Notes: generated by a model from the sequence alone, not told the origin. 64,000 bases of DNA from Tubulanus polymorphus (GCF_964204645.1 NC_134029.1:22624950-22688949), one strand, 5' to 3'. Positions 43,024 through 56,136 are shown, counted from the stretch's first letter. Made by a program: numbers and translations.

Positions 43024-46000
43024 TTATGCCCAAACCTGCAACATGAAAATGAAATAAATGAAAACCTCTTTACAGTCGACTTAACATCAATCATTGATAA
43101 TGTAGACGCTAATATTTCACTGAGTTACATATCAAGCAATTTGAAATAGATCTAATATTTTTAATTTCTCTAAATTACTATCTTAATCATTCAAACTTCT
43201 TTGTTCTGTCTGATTCTTGTAAAAATATTCTGTTATTTCATTTTGTTGTCACAACGCCTGATGATAGCTAATAGTACGTTGCTCGAAATATATATCATTT
43301 TCCATAGAATTCTTTTTTTTTTGTCTGTATTTATAGTGGGATTTCTCTCGTTACTGATATGAAATAATTTTGCAAAAGTTAATTGGCACCACGAGAAATT
43401 CGTTTACAAAGCAACGATCATACGTACTTCTTTCTTCGAATAAATTCGACATAGACGCAACTTACCCGTAAGGTATAATCCCAGCTTCCCGTGCATAGAG
43501 CAGTACCGTCAGGTGAAACAGCTAAACAACTCACTCTGTTATCATGGCCGTAGAGTATAGCTATACGATTGCCTTTCAATACATCCCATACGTTCACTGT
43601 ATGATCATCATAACCAGCAAATAGAAGACGACCTTAAAATAACCAGAATCCTGGTGTTAAATTTCGCTCGCGGGGACGGCCTTGATGAAACTTCTCATAT
43701 TCATCGGGAGCTAGGGAAAATTTGAAAGCCAGGGTCAAAGGCCTCTATCAGTTCCACCCTCGGGTTTTAGACATTTTTAATACATCCAAAAGATTGCAAT
43801 TTCCGAAGTGCTAAATTTACAGGCTTTTATGATCTCTGTCTTGATGAAAGGGTCACCTCAATGGGAAGGTAGAGTACTGAGCCCCTGGGACCGACCCCTA
43901 AACCCGCAACTGACCCGTGTACGTAGTTCAAATGTTGTATGTAAATACACTCACCACTAACGGAGAAATCTACAGAATTACACGCGAATATGATACTCTC
44001 TTTTTTGTAATGTGACACTTCACGATCGGCTCGAAGATCAAATAAACGACACTGAAAACAAATTGAAACCAACATTAACCCGACATTCCCTGCTGACTAC
44101 CGAGATATCTCGTATTTCCAGTTCTGCCATCATAACCAAATACGAGTTAATCTTTCCTATTCACTTTTAGATATTTGCACTCAGACAACTGGAATGACAC
44201 AGTTTCTGACAATGTGAACAAACTCTGCTTTCTTCATTCTCAATAATCTGTGGTCAATTTCATACAAAGGCTGACTATGTAATTATAGCTCTATTGCCAA
44301 CTACACGATAACTCCTAGCAACAATTCGGAAGAAACACGGCGACAGGCAACATGTTAGAATTTGTAAGAAATCATGTTTACTAGGTGCACAATGAAGCAA
44401 TGACTTTATAGACACTTACAGTTGAATCATCGGATCCAGAAGCGAAAGCGTCTCCACTCGGGTAATATCTTACACTGTTGATATCCGATTCATGACCTTC
44501 GAACTGTTGAACGCATTGACCGGTTCTCATATCCCAAATATTAGCTGAACGATCACAACCCTACAATAATACATTTGATCATTCATAAACAACAATATCT
44601 ACCACTATTGACACCAATGTCTTCTTGGCAAATAATCTTATGGATAACTGAACATCATTCAAATTAACCATGAATTAACAAACTTTTTGTATGCAAGAAG
44701 GTTCCTACAGATAAGTTATTCCTGGCTTTTGAGGAGTTTTCAAGGAAATAGAGAAAATCTTCAATTTCAAGGAAGCATCTGCATTTTCATCACAATCATT
44801 TCATAACGTACCCCAGAAACAAATGAATGACCAGTTTCAGCCGGTGACAGGTGAATACTCATCACATCACCCATATGACCGTGGAAACTCTGAATCATCG
44901 TCGAACTCTCCACATCCCAAAGCGCGCACGTACCGTCGCCGCTACCGGTAAGTATCTAAATAAATAAACATCATCGTTCGAATCAAATATTCACGTCACA
45001 AAAGACGTTTCGATTGTTCAAACGCGATGCAACCCACGAACCTGTTGATCCGAATGAGTGAATGTGCAGCACGATAAATAACTAGTATGAGAGGCTACCG
45101 TCTTCTTTTTCAGGGCAGGGTCTTCGTCTAAGCTAAGCGGATATAACGTGCATTTATTATCCAAGCCCCTAAAAACCAGGAAGAAAAAAGAAATGGAATT
45201 CGTGTATATGTTAAACCGATTGAAAACAAGGCAGTTTAATAAATGAAGAAATCCCAAACTTCGAATTTAAAATTATTCAAATTTATTATAATGAAACCTC
45301 AAAAGACTTTTTATTGCTTGGTCTGTTTATCTTTAGTTTTGACACACTGCTTCTATTGTAGATCCTGTGAGTTTATATGCTTGGTTACTTGTTTTTCTGG
45401 TCATTCCACCTGATGATGGCTGTTAGTCAACAGTCGAAACGTTGTGGTTCCATTATAACAAATTTGATCGTATAATTTTAAATTCGAAGTGTGGGATTTC
45501 TTCATTTATCTACAGTATACACGGATTATAGTGTTCATTCGACAACTAAGGCAGTTTAATATATATGGATTTGAAACGTATCATTCTCAGATATCTAACA
45601 AGCATTTAGTAATGATATATGTAAAATGTGCGTCATAGGTAACTGGCTTCCTCCGGACGATAATACTAGAAATTGATCACTTCTATTCTGTCTGGATAAG
45701 ATTATACAATATCCCGATGAAGTCAGATAAGTATCAATCATATCACAGAATATCAATCAACACTACTCAATAAATCAATACATATATCAGTTACCGTGGT
45801 TACTACATAAACTACGCTACACTAACGGTCAGGTAACTGTATTAACGATAGATAATGGGTCGGGGATAGTTGGACTGCTGAAATATTGATCAACTCACTA
45901 TCGATAGAACACTTCGTTATTTTCAATTTTGACTTCACAAAAAAATAACTGATTTTAGTTGCACTATTGCCGAAAATAAGACGTTTAAATCAGCCATTTC

Positions 46001-47535
46001 ATGGAAGTTCAACACCATTCTCTCCATAATTACATACATGCATCGCGCTACTAAAGATTAACATCTTTCCGATGGGCTCAATGAATATGTGTACATCAAG
46101 CGATAGATTAGGAATAATATACTTATAAAGAAATATTTAGTAGGGCATTTGACTTTCAAATGCCAGTTATTTCAAATGTTAAGTGTACTGATAATGAAAA
46201 TGCATTGTTCGTGCGATTCATACTAACCCGCAGGCAACTACAGATCCCGATGGTCCATACGCACATGCCATCACCCATGTTGTTGGTATAGTCACTGCAT
46301 GTTCCTAATAATAGAGATTAACATTTCCATAGAATACGAGTAATGAAATTTACTGCGATAACGCGCGAGACCATTCATCGACATTAAGGCAAACGTCACT
46401 TTATCACACTCACTTTATTGGTTGTAAATGCATCCCAAACGATCATTTTCCCATCCTAATAAATAACAAAAAATGTTATGAAAACAGTTCACAGTCCACT
46501 TTCACTCATTATCTACATATGGATAAAGAAATGCGTCGTCAATGACATAACTGAATCCCAGAGTTTTCTAGGTTTTTTTTTGTTGAATATTTGTAAAATT
46601 TCTAAAGTTTTCCAGGTTAGTTGCTACCCTCCAATTATTCCAGGTAAAAAAAATTTAAACAGAAATTTTGATTACTCGAATGGTCAACCTGAGATATTCT
46701 GATGAAGGTTTACCTGAGAGGAACTGACAACATGTCGTTTGTCCTGACACCAGTCCATACACAGCACCTTGCCCTGATGACCTTTCAGTGCTCTTCGTTG
46801 CTTGATATTGAAGTTGCTTAAGCTGTCCAACTTTTGAGCAACGCACGTAACTGAAAATAGATAGAAAATAGATGAAAAGATTTTCAGCAGCATCTTCTCC
46901 AACGGACAACGGCTCGAGTAACTAAGTGATCACGGCGACGCTATTGATTCATTATGATAATGGAGTGACAAGCAAGTTAAGAGTCCTGCTGCTCTTTATG
47001 ACATGTTGTAATTTTATTGTGGAAATAAATTTATTACTATTTTATTATAAAAAAAGAGTCCTGCTGTATCATCGAGGTAAAATTACCATTTCAGTATTAT
47101 CCGAATGACATAAGGCAAAACTGCAGTTTTTAGAGGTGTCCAATCAATGTAACATAATATTCCATTGTAGAAAACAAAAGGTGACTTAAAACTGCAGTCT
47201 AACCCACTTTGTCGTATATCACACATCACCAAACCAAAAGGACTACACAACATACTCAGATACTAAGGATGACAGAAGAAATGTCATGTCAGCTAGGCTT
47301 GTGCATACACTGAATTCATTTCACTTCCGGGTTGATGTCGAGCAAATATAAGAGATTAAATCACGATTTTTTACAGATTGAATTCAAAACGAAGCCTTTA
47401 ATTCAAACACCTACGATCTACATCGTTCAGTTTCCTCTTTTCCTCGTCTAATTTCGCTTTGAGGGTCTCAGCTTCGCGACTCAGAGCTTCGATCGTGTCT
47501 TGCTGATGTTCGACCCTCAAACCCTCGGCAGCCAT
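43024..47535 (-). CDS. GNB5: Guanine nucleotide-binding protein subunit beta-5 (WD40), multi-exon
   Basis: [59 protein letters not shown]|[14 protein letters not shown]|[67 protein letters not shown]|VWA*. These are beta-5-type residues. Confidence 0.96.
45228..45561 (+). mobile_element. Short hammerhead-bearing insertion with inverted arms and 14-bp TSD (Penelope-like/retrozyme-type), element 2, in a GNB5 intron
   Basis: Direct repeat AAGGCAGTTTAATA at 45228-45241 and 45548-45561; ~65-bp inverted arms at 45239-45302 and 45442-45509; ~38-nt unpaired tail at 45510-45547; hammerhead at 45406-45447. Confidence 0.8.
45406..45447 (+). ncRNA. Minimal type-I hammerhead ribozyme
   Basis: CCAC-CUGAUGA-U-GGCUGUU-AGUC-AACAGUC-GAAA-C-GUU|GUGG: intact core, 7-bp stem II, palindromic stem III (AACGUU), 4-bp stem I CCAC/GUGG. 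Confidence 0.75.
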
Positions 47536-48107
47536 GTTTCCCGTCATGATGACTAATGAGATGTCAACATGGAGAAATGTATGGGAATTCGTTAATCAGG
47601 CACCCGCATTGAAAACCGTCTAGAAGATTTATTCATTTCATCGAGATAGTTAAACAAATGAATAATAACTGAAAAAAAGATATCGATTCTGAAAATGATT
47701 TTTTAATAAGTATTTATTTCTCTCGTGTTTAATTGCCAATTCCCAATTTCACGGACGTTGCACGGGTTGCTCTGAATAGACTATGGTTGAAAATTCTACT
47801 CGAAACGGTGGTAGTATTATGATTATACAAAATATCCTCATGCATCTTAGATCAACCAAAATATATACTTTACATTATATATAGATTTTTAGAATTAGTT
47901 TGTCCCATGATATGGTTTAAATCTGCATATGAAGTTACTTTAGTGATTAAATTTTCGATAGCTATTTCGGGTTGCGAGTTCGCAATTTAAGCATTGCCTA
48001 ATTGATCACATGATCACGTGACCATTTACTTCCGTGTTTGCGATTAGGGCAGAGACGATCCATTTTCTGCAATTTTTGGGCTTATTGTGACCCTCTAAAG
48101 CATCGTG
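47536..48107. promoter_or_regulatory. Probable bidirectional promoter region GNB5/basigin-like, with tandem E-boxes and an ETS-like site
   Basis: Divergent ATGs about 570 bp apart; TCACATGA-TCACGTGAC at 48006-48022 and ACTTCCG at 48028-48034. Confidence 0.55.
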
Positions 48108-51100
48108 ATGGGTTCATTTAACGGGTACGCTTTACTACCGGTCTTTGTGCTTGCAAGCGTGTGTGCTGGACTCGGCGAAGGTAATTACGATGTTTTTAAT
48201 CCAAGCTCAAATATTCGGGAACTATTGAATTTTTGTTCTCTACTCACATTCAGTTGTTGAGGAAATTTCATCATAATCATTGAAGGTTGAATAAAAGCTG
48301 ATTTATTTAGTACGATGGATCAATTATGGGAAAAGTTTTATCCAAAATATCAGAATATATAGGGTGTATTTAAGGCTATTAATACTGGACTGAGTCAGTG
48401 TGTGTGTACTGTGTGGTGAGATGAGAAGACTGCACTCACAGTCACTGCACTGCGAGGTGGTGGGATCTACCAGCAGGTTTCTCCAGGGGCTATTCTAGCA
48501 TAGGCTGCTCTTAAGATCTGGGGCTGATAGAAGTAGTTCACTGAATATTCATATTCCAATAAGTCGAGGCCCTTAGTTTAATCAATTTATATGAATTATT
48601 TAAGAATTCTGAAATGCTAGATATTGAAATTTCCTATTCGTGAATCATGGAATAAAGAAGCATAGAACTATAGGCGGAACCCGCTGATTTTTTCTATCCT
48701 TTGGCATATTTTATTCTCACAAGTTTCAACACAATCTGTACCTAATGCTTTCTATTTCAGGCTTATTAGATTAGTATATTATTGTCTAGCCTATAATGAA
48801 TGACTATTATTCGGTCATGTGAAGCATGCATGATCCAAATCATAAAATGGGAATTAATATCCTTATATTTCCTAAAGTCAGCTATTTCTTATTAATTCCC
48901 TTTAACTATTCTTTATAAATATACTTATCCATTAGGCCTAAGCGAGCAGGGACCAGTAGCTCAAAGATATTTTATAATCATTGAATAAAGTGAGGGTATT
49001 AAAGGGTATTATAAAGTAAAGTATTAATAAAGTGAGGGTATTAAATCAGGGTTCATAGCAGTCCTTAAATGGGAAAGGGTCAATTCAAGGCCTTCAATAT
49101 CATTGATCGGGGTCTTAAGTCCTCAAATCATTGTCACGGTCTTTGTATGGCATTGCCTCACCACACGATAACATTTTGAAGCTTCTGGTCACATATCATC
49201 TGTTTCAATTATCTGTAGATGGGCCTAATGTAAATTGGAAATCTTCATGAACTATTCAAAAGAGCCCTGAAATTGGGAGTCGAAAAAGTCCTCGAATATG
49301 AAAAAAGTCATTGACAGTTATGAAATTGGTCATGCGAACTATGGACCCCGTTAAAAATTACTTTGCATTGAAATAATTTTTGAGCGACTGGTCGCCAAAT
49401 ATGTTCAGTCTATCTCGATATGCGTTGTACATCCAATTAAGACAGGCCTTCGACTATTAACTAGACAACAGCTGTCTAATCTGACTTTCCCAATACCTTT
49501 GTTCAGTTCTAATGAAATCTACCTAAAACACTCTGTGGTTGAGCTGAGAGCTTTTTCATTTATTCCTTTAATTTATGACAACGTTGCCTTTGTGCTATAG
49601 TGCTAGCTAGATCTGTTCTTTGTTATGATATGTGTATATCCAAATACATATATATGAATTAAATGAATTTTCGTTTTCAGCATGTTGTTTTTGCATGTTC
49701 CTGATCTGTGGAACGAACTGAATTTGTAACAACCTCTATTTCGCCTGTTACTATGACACTAGTGCATGACATACCGATATTTGACTAATTTAGGGCATGG
49801 GAAATCGCTGATCTTCATTAACAATCACTTATTTCATTTTTGCCTTAAGTTATTCCAGTTTTTGCCGAATTATTGAGTGAAAATACCAGCCAGTGTTCAG
49901 TTTCGAATTTCTAATGAATCTCTGATGATTTTGATTTATCTAATTTGAAGGGTACTCGTCCAATAAATGAAACATTTTGGGTTTTTTTTTGTTATGTCAT
50001 GCACAATTTGTTATTTCCCCCGGAACCCAGTTTTAAATGTTGTCCGATGAGCTCTGTTTCAGTTTTGAAGTATTTTCCTTTTATTTCGTTGATTCCGAGT
50101 CTGTTCTTATTCTTTAGAAAAAAAAAACGCGACGTTGTTTATTTTTCAAAATTTATTACCATCTCGCAAAGTTCTCAGCTTCTGTGGTTAAATTTCAGAA
50201 TGTTGAATAATGGGTGACCTCTCAAGTCGAGGCGCTTAACATAAGCCGTATATAGATCGGATTAGATGATACATATATATATATATATATATATCCTACG
50301 AGCTGAGCATATTTTGATATTCAACATCAAACTATAAATAGGATCATTTCATGATAGATACGATCCGACCAGCTAGTAGTTTAAGTATTCCCCATTTGGT
50401 TATTTTCAGCTGTGTCATTACTTCCAATTGGCGGCCAAATAGTGGTTAAAAATGGTACAGCCTTGGATATCATTTGTTCGGGCGATAAGGACGTGATTCT
50501 TAAACACTTCATACAAAAAGTTACGCTAGATCAAAACGATGCGGGTTGGAAATGTCCGGGCAATTGTAACCTGAACATTGACTCAGGTGCCCAAGGTACC
50601 AAGTACACTCTGAGCATTAAAGACGTTCAGGTTGATCACCAAGGACAATATGTTTGTGAAAGTACCCAAAACCAGAGCGATCAAAAAAAGATTATGGTAT
50701 ATGTTGCGTCCAGTAAGTATCTTGTAAATTTACTGGAAATTTTTGCTGCAGGTGATAAAAACTTCTTTATAAAGAAAAACAAACGTCTATTTGGAATTAA
50801 CGTCTTGATATTTCTGTGCGCGAACGTGACGATCTTACGGTTTGGATTCGAACCCGAACAAGTTTTTCCTGCAGCAGATCTTTCGACTAAGTCTCCTCTG
50901 CACATTTGAAACCATCTTTGATTCTTTAAACTGTGTTAAAATACAGCCAAGCATGCACGTAAATTTTCCGTATATATTTTGTCCATTAGGTTAAAAGAAT
51001 CGAACAAAATTCAAATACAGCAGATTTAGATATTCTCAACACTTTGTCGGCGAACTATTTCGATGGTTCGATGAGAATTGAAACTCTGTATTCCAATCTT

Positions 51101-54100
51101 AACTTGAGTCTTGTCGGTTAAAAGAAAAAACTCCATGTCAGTGTGAAATTCTGAAATTTAAATCACAAATTTTTTCACATTTTTTATTTTATTTGATGTC
51201 TTTTTTAAATGTCGTTTTCGATGCTTAGCTTGTCTGCTTTTTCTCCTACTTGAATATTGTTGTAACCCCTTTGCTTCGCTGTTTGCGTCCACGTTATGTT
51301 TTTAACACGATCCCCAACTCACCAGCTTATTAAATTCACCAATTTGTGTGTTTCACTAAATATTCATATCGTAATTTTGTATTTTAAATGCACACACTAT
51401 CAAAACTTCATACAGACTATGAATTCTTGGTATTGCGTGCGATAAGCTTCCAGCTCAAGATTAAAATTGTCAACGTCCTACTCTAAGATAGGATGGTGTC
51501 TTAAGAGATAAACAGACCAGCTAAGATCCTGATGACTGAAAAACATTGTGAAAATGTTCGTTTCAGAAGATTGGTTGGTGACAATAATCCAGTCTTCGGA
51601 TAAAATAAAATATTTGTGGGATAGGTTTGTTCAAGGACGTTTGGGTAAACATCTGAAAGGTTGAAAATTTCGTCGAATGAATCTTGCGCTGGATACTTAG
51701 GAAATCTCGTGTGAAAAACCTCGACCATCGCCATATTTAAAAAAAAACAAGAAAGAAATATGACTTCAATTCGTCGATCGATTGTTTGTACGACTCGATC
51801 GTGAAGAAAAAATTACCAAATTTTATGACTACCCAAAGAAAGATGCATAAGAAACTTGTTGGACTTGAAATGTCCATTGACATTTGGTATTGCGATTAAA
51901 TTTACTTTGTTGGTTTTTCACATCGAGTTTTAGTACAATGATCACATTAGTTGAATTAGTGCACATGTATACATAGATGAAGAATCATGTGATTTGTCAA
52001 AATTGATGGATATCTTTTAGAACATTTTCGATCGCGTAGATTACCTTTAAGATGTCCTTTGTCCATCCTCCGATCTCGTTAAATGATTATTGATTCGTCT
52101 AATTTCAAAGAACAACATCAAATATCAGTAATCGATGCACATCATTAATTAGACATCATTTTAACACATTATGCACCTTTTTTACTGACACGATATACCA
52201 GTCTAGACGATGGCTTTGCCAGCAACTATATATTATGTTTTCTCAGCTAATCGTTCTAACGATACAAATTTACAACCGACTGAATAAGAGTATATCGAAT
52301 CGAGTGAATTTTCCGACGGATATTGACTATGAATTTATGAATTTATTTCAGTTATCCCTCATAACGGTACGCTGGTAGACGAAAGCGAACCGGTGACGAT
52401 ATCGTGCGATATGACCGAGTTGAACGGCGTATCGGTGCAGTTCGCTCGCGACGGCAAGATTCTAGAGACCGACGAACACTACAATTTCTCACCCATAAAT
52501 CAGTCGTTGACGTTCCTTAAACCAAGTAATTTTTGCATTTTCGTTCGAAAAAACAAACGATTGAACCGCCTTCGTTTAACGATGATCATCGTCGAAAACT
52601 GTTCGTTTTGAATTTTTCAGCGAGGAAAGATGTCGGTCCTTACGAATGTATATTCACCAATGATTTGATCAAGTCGACCGGAAAGGAAAGCATCAACGGC
52701 ACTGTATTTTTATTAGGTAAAATATAACCATATTCTAGCAAATAATTAGTAGTAAACCTTAGGTTGATTTGTCCCTTCTCAGGCCGTTCTACAATGTGTT
52801 GAACTATTCTCTCAAATCATCACCCCCGAACCCTTGATATTAAACATAATTGCTAAAACTTTTCAAGAATGACGACTATTGTAACATTGCTTATTGTTAA
52901 AAAAGAAAGATTATTTCAAAGTCTACAACGCAAGCAGTAAATTCCCTACGTAAATTTAATAAACAAAGTTGCGTACATAAAAAAAAAAATGAATATAAGT
53001 TTGATGTGCAGCTGCAGTAGTCAAATTCAAAGTCTATGAAATTTCTGCGCTTTTTGGTCTTAAAACACCTCTTTGAAAGATATCAATTTAGAATATATGC
53101 ACGCTATGTAGCATATATGAAAGACCCCCAATATCAATATGATTGAAACGTATTGATTTCTGAGGATGGTTAGAAGCATTCTACCTGAAAGTGTAACTCA
53201 GTACTCTGGGTCTTTTATACACAGCTCTTAGTAAATGCCTTTTTGAAAGTTTTAAACTGTTTATCCCATAACGCGGCAAACTTTTCTTCGATAGGAGGAC
53301 CATTTGTCGATAAATTCGAACGTCCGTCGAAGAACCTGGTCGAAGAAGACAGCACGGTGATTAACTGTAAAGTATTCGGTAAACCTCTGCCATCGATCAC
53401 CTGGTGGAAAGACGGAGTGAAACTGACCGTAAACGGCACGTTCAATTTCACCGCGTATCAAGGAGTTCCGAACGCGACTCTCGTTATGAAAGATCTGAAA
53501 CAGCACCATCGCGGCGACTACACGTGCGTCGCTGACATCGGTGGAATTTCAGCCAATGCGACTCTTCTTATTCGCGTAAAAGGTGAGAGTTGAAGGACTG
53601 AACTTTACACTACAATGTGGCTGGCCACTGATCTGGAAAACTCAAGGAATTGGAAAAATTGGAAATGTTGGCAAAAGCCTGGAAAACTCGGATATGCTAT
53701 CGACCACGCATTTCCATTCTTTATTATTCATGAAAAAAATTAATATTGCAACGTTTTGAATCTAGAAACTGTTCGCCTGCAGATTTTGTGTTCTAACGAG
53801 GAAAGCTCTGGGAATTTGTGTCGGGAAAGTGGCCACTCAGTGCAAGAAACGATTTTGGGAGTTTCTTCCTTCCTTTATACACAGATTATAATGAGAGATA
53901 TATGTCTCCCTGCCCCATCTGTGTACATCACAAATGGATGGCCCTTAGCAAGTGAACTCTTGATATTCTGATATCGTGATTTAACCTTAAATCTTCTATT
54001 TCAGACAAATATGCAGCATTGTGGCCTTTCCTAGGAATAGTAGCTGAAGTGGTGATAGTTTGCGCTATTATTTTCATTTATGAAAAGAGACGTGGAAAGC

Positions 54101-54887
54101 GTACCGATGACGATGATGTGCCACCTACAAAGTAAGCGGTCATTTTACGTAGTTAGATTTTCCCGTTCTCTACAAACATTCTGAATATATGTATATCGCA
54201 TATTTAGTCGATATGAGCCACGGTCTGTAGAGGGTTTTTATCAACGGCTATACTGAATAATGTATAAAGTCCGTCGAACTGATTTCGGTTAATTATAGCA
54301 TTCTTTTGTTGTCTGTTTATAAGTGTCGAATGTATTACGCATAGATATCGCGTATGTTGAAATACATATGCATAATCAGCTGTTTCCAAATGTTCATAAT
54401 AATTATTCAATGATTAATTCTAATTGAAAGCTCGACGTGTTTTGCTTCATCAAAATACCGTGAAATTCTGCTGATTTCACTTATATCTTTATGCTGAATG
54501 TATAATATAACCAGCCTAGTTCGGTTTCCACTGGGTTTAGTAAAAGCTATTGTGCAGTATGTGCTATTTTGAACTTTGTCACTGCAATGACGTCAACCAG
54601 ATTACCTACATACATACTGGTGCTGATATTTTTCTATGTAAACGGGTCAATCCATTTTGCATGAACAGTGAAGATCAATTCTGTGGTTTGGTTAAATTCT
54701 AATCCAGTCCAAGTTTCATAAACAAAGAACATACCCTTAGTTAAATTTGTTCTTCAGAATTGTGTAATATTTATAAAAAGTACATCAACTATATTTTTAG
54801 TGTTTATTATTTGTATTTTCTATTCTCAGGACCAACGCGCATGATGCAAAATCCGAAGAAGTTCGCCAACGCAACGTCAAAACATAA
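48108..54887 (+). CDS. Basigin/neuroplastin-family Ig cell-surface protein (signal peptide, 3 Ig domains, TM, short tail); exons ~48108-48180, 50410-50713, 52352-52525, 52621-52717, 53294-53582, 54005-54131, 54830-54887
   Basis: Signal peptide MGSFNGYALLPVFVLASVCAG; Ig motifs YVCES, YECIF, CKVFGKPLPSITWWKDG..GDYTC; diagnostic TM RVKDKYAALWPFLGIVAEVVIVCAIIFIYEKRR with intramembrane Glu; tail EVRQRN. Confidence 0.93.
49047..49350. mobile_element. hAT-like MITE with CAGGGTTC-type termini in basigin-like intron 1
   Basis: Left CAGGGTTCATAG versus reverse complement of the right end CGGGGTCCATAG (10/12); internal GTCCTT/GTCCTC subterminal repeats. Confidence 0.45.
53619..53838. mobile_element. 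Degenerate MITE with TGGCCAC termini and GGAAAA subterminal repeats
   Basis: TGGCCAC near the left end and GTGGCCA near the right end; repeated GGAAAA/GGAATT units. Confidence 0.35.
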
Positions 54888-55982
54888 GGAGACCTCAGTA
54901 ATGTGATGAAGTTTTTTTTGGACTGGACATAATAGATGAATATCAAGATCATCCGGGCTTTTAACCTTACATTATGAGAAAAATTGATAATAGAAATTTC
55001 ATTCGGAAAATTTAGGACGAATTTTGGATAACAATACTCACAGACGAACTTCGTGGTCTCACACAAGCTGAGATCATTTGTATATAAACACAATATATAT
55101 AAATGTATATTGCGCAAATTATTTTGCGTGTTTTTGAAATATGACTTCCATGTTTGTTTTTTTTCTATACATTGTAATAATACTAGTAGGCTGCATACAA
55201 AATAAGCGTGTTGTTATGCTCATCCAATATATATAGATAGGTATGATTGAATGTGTTGGATGCGCAAGTGAGTTTTTCTCTGTCTATGTACAGTACAGGA
55301 TTTGATTCTACTAGGCTAAACGACGGACACGGGTTCTTTGTGCAACTTGCTGTTGGGCACTGGATTATACAGTTAGTTCACTGTGAAAGTACTGGCCTTG
55401 ATTGTGTGTAAAAAGAATTTCTCAATAATACCAGTATTCATAACCGATTAGGCCAGTATTTTATTCCTGTGAAAAAGTGTTGCCTGCTAGCGCTTCAACC
55501 ATGGTTAGAAATGAACGTACGTGTAAAGACTTGATGCTAGTTTCTCCTTGGAATGAGGAAGCAATTTGATAATTCAAAATTTGGATCCTGACATTCAGAA
55601 TAGATTCTACTACAATGACCTCATGACTAAAACAAGTTTTATTTTTGATTTTACTGTCGAGGATCCTGTAGAATCTTTGAATCTAATGATTGGATAAATG
55701 ATCTCAGTATGTCTGCGTGATTGGTGATTAACTCTATCATTTACATTAATGAACATTTGTCGATAAACAAACATGCGCATGTTTGATACATATATGTATA
55801 TGCTTGATAGAAACATGTACATGTTTGATACGTACATGTACATGTTTTATGAAGTTTAAGAGCTTAACAAATATTTTTGGTTTAATTGATACAAAACAAA
55901 CAATATTTCAATTTAATGCATGCATATCGATTAATCTCTTAGTATCGATAGATTAGTGTATAAACAGCAGCTCTAAATGATA

Positions 55983-56136
55983 CAGTGGACACTCGTTATA
56001 ACAACCTCAGATTTAACAATATATCGGTTTATTGCAAACCTGGAATTTCGTCCGAAATAGGACGATTTATTGATTTCATACTGGATATAACGTACATATT
56101 TTCTCCCCTTGAGGTACGTTGTTTGAGGTTCCGCTA
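55983..56136. mobile_element. Tc1/mariner-pogo (Tigger-like) MITE, copy B, in the probable basigin-like 3' UTR
   Basis: TA-CAGTGGACACTCGTTATAACAACCTC ... GAGGTTCCGCTA; colinear with 23580-23749. Confidence 0.65.

Noticed and set aside
43251-43300. Hammerhead-like CTGATGA-T-AGC...GCT-C-GAAATATATATC in the last GNB5 intron
   Set aside because: Stem II is only 3 bp and no stem I pairing was found; at best a heavily decayed copy.
48984-49045. Short direct repeat AATAAAGTGAGGGTATTAAA x2, checked as a CRISPR-like array
   Set aside because: Only two copies in a eukaryotic intron; a simple local tandem duplication.
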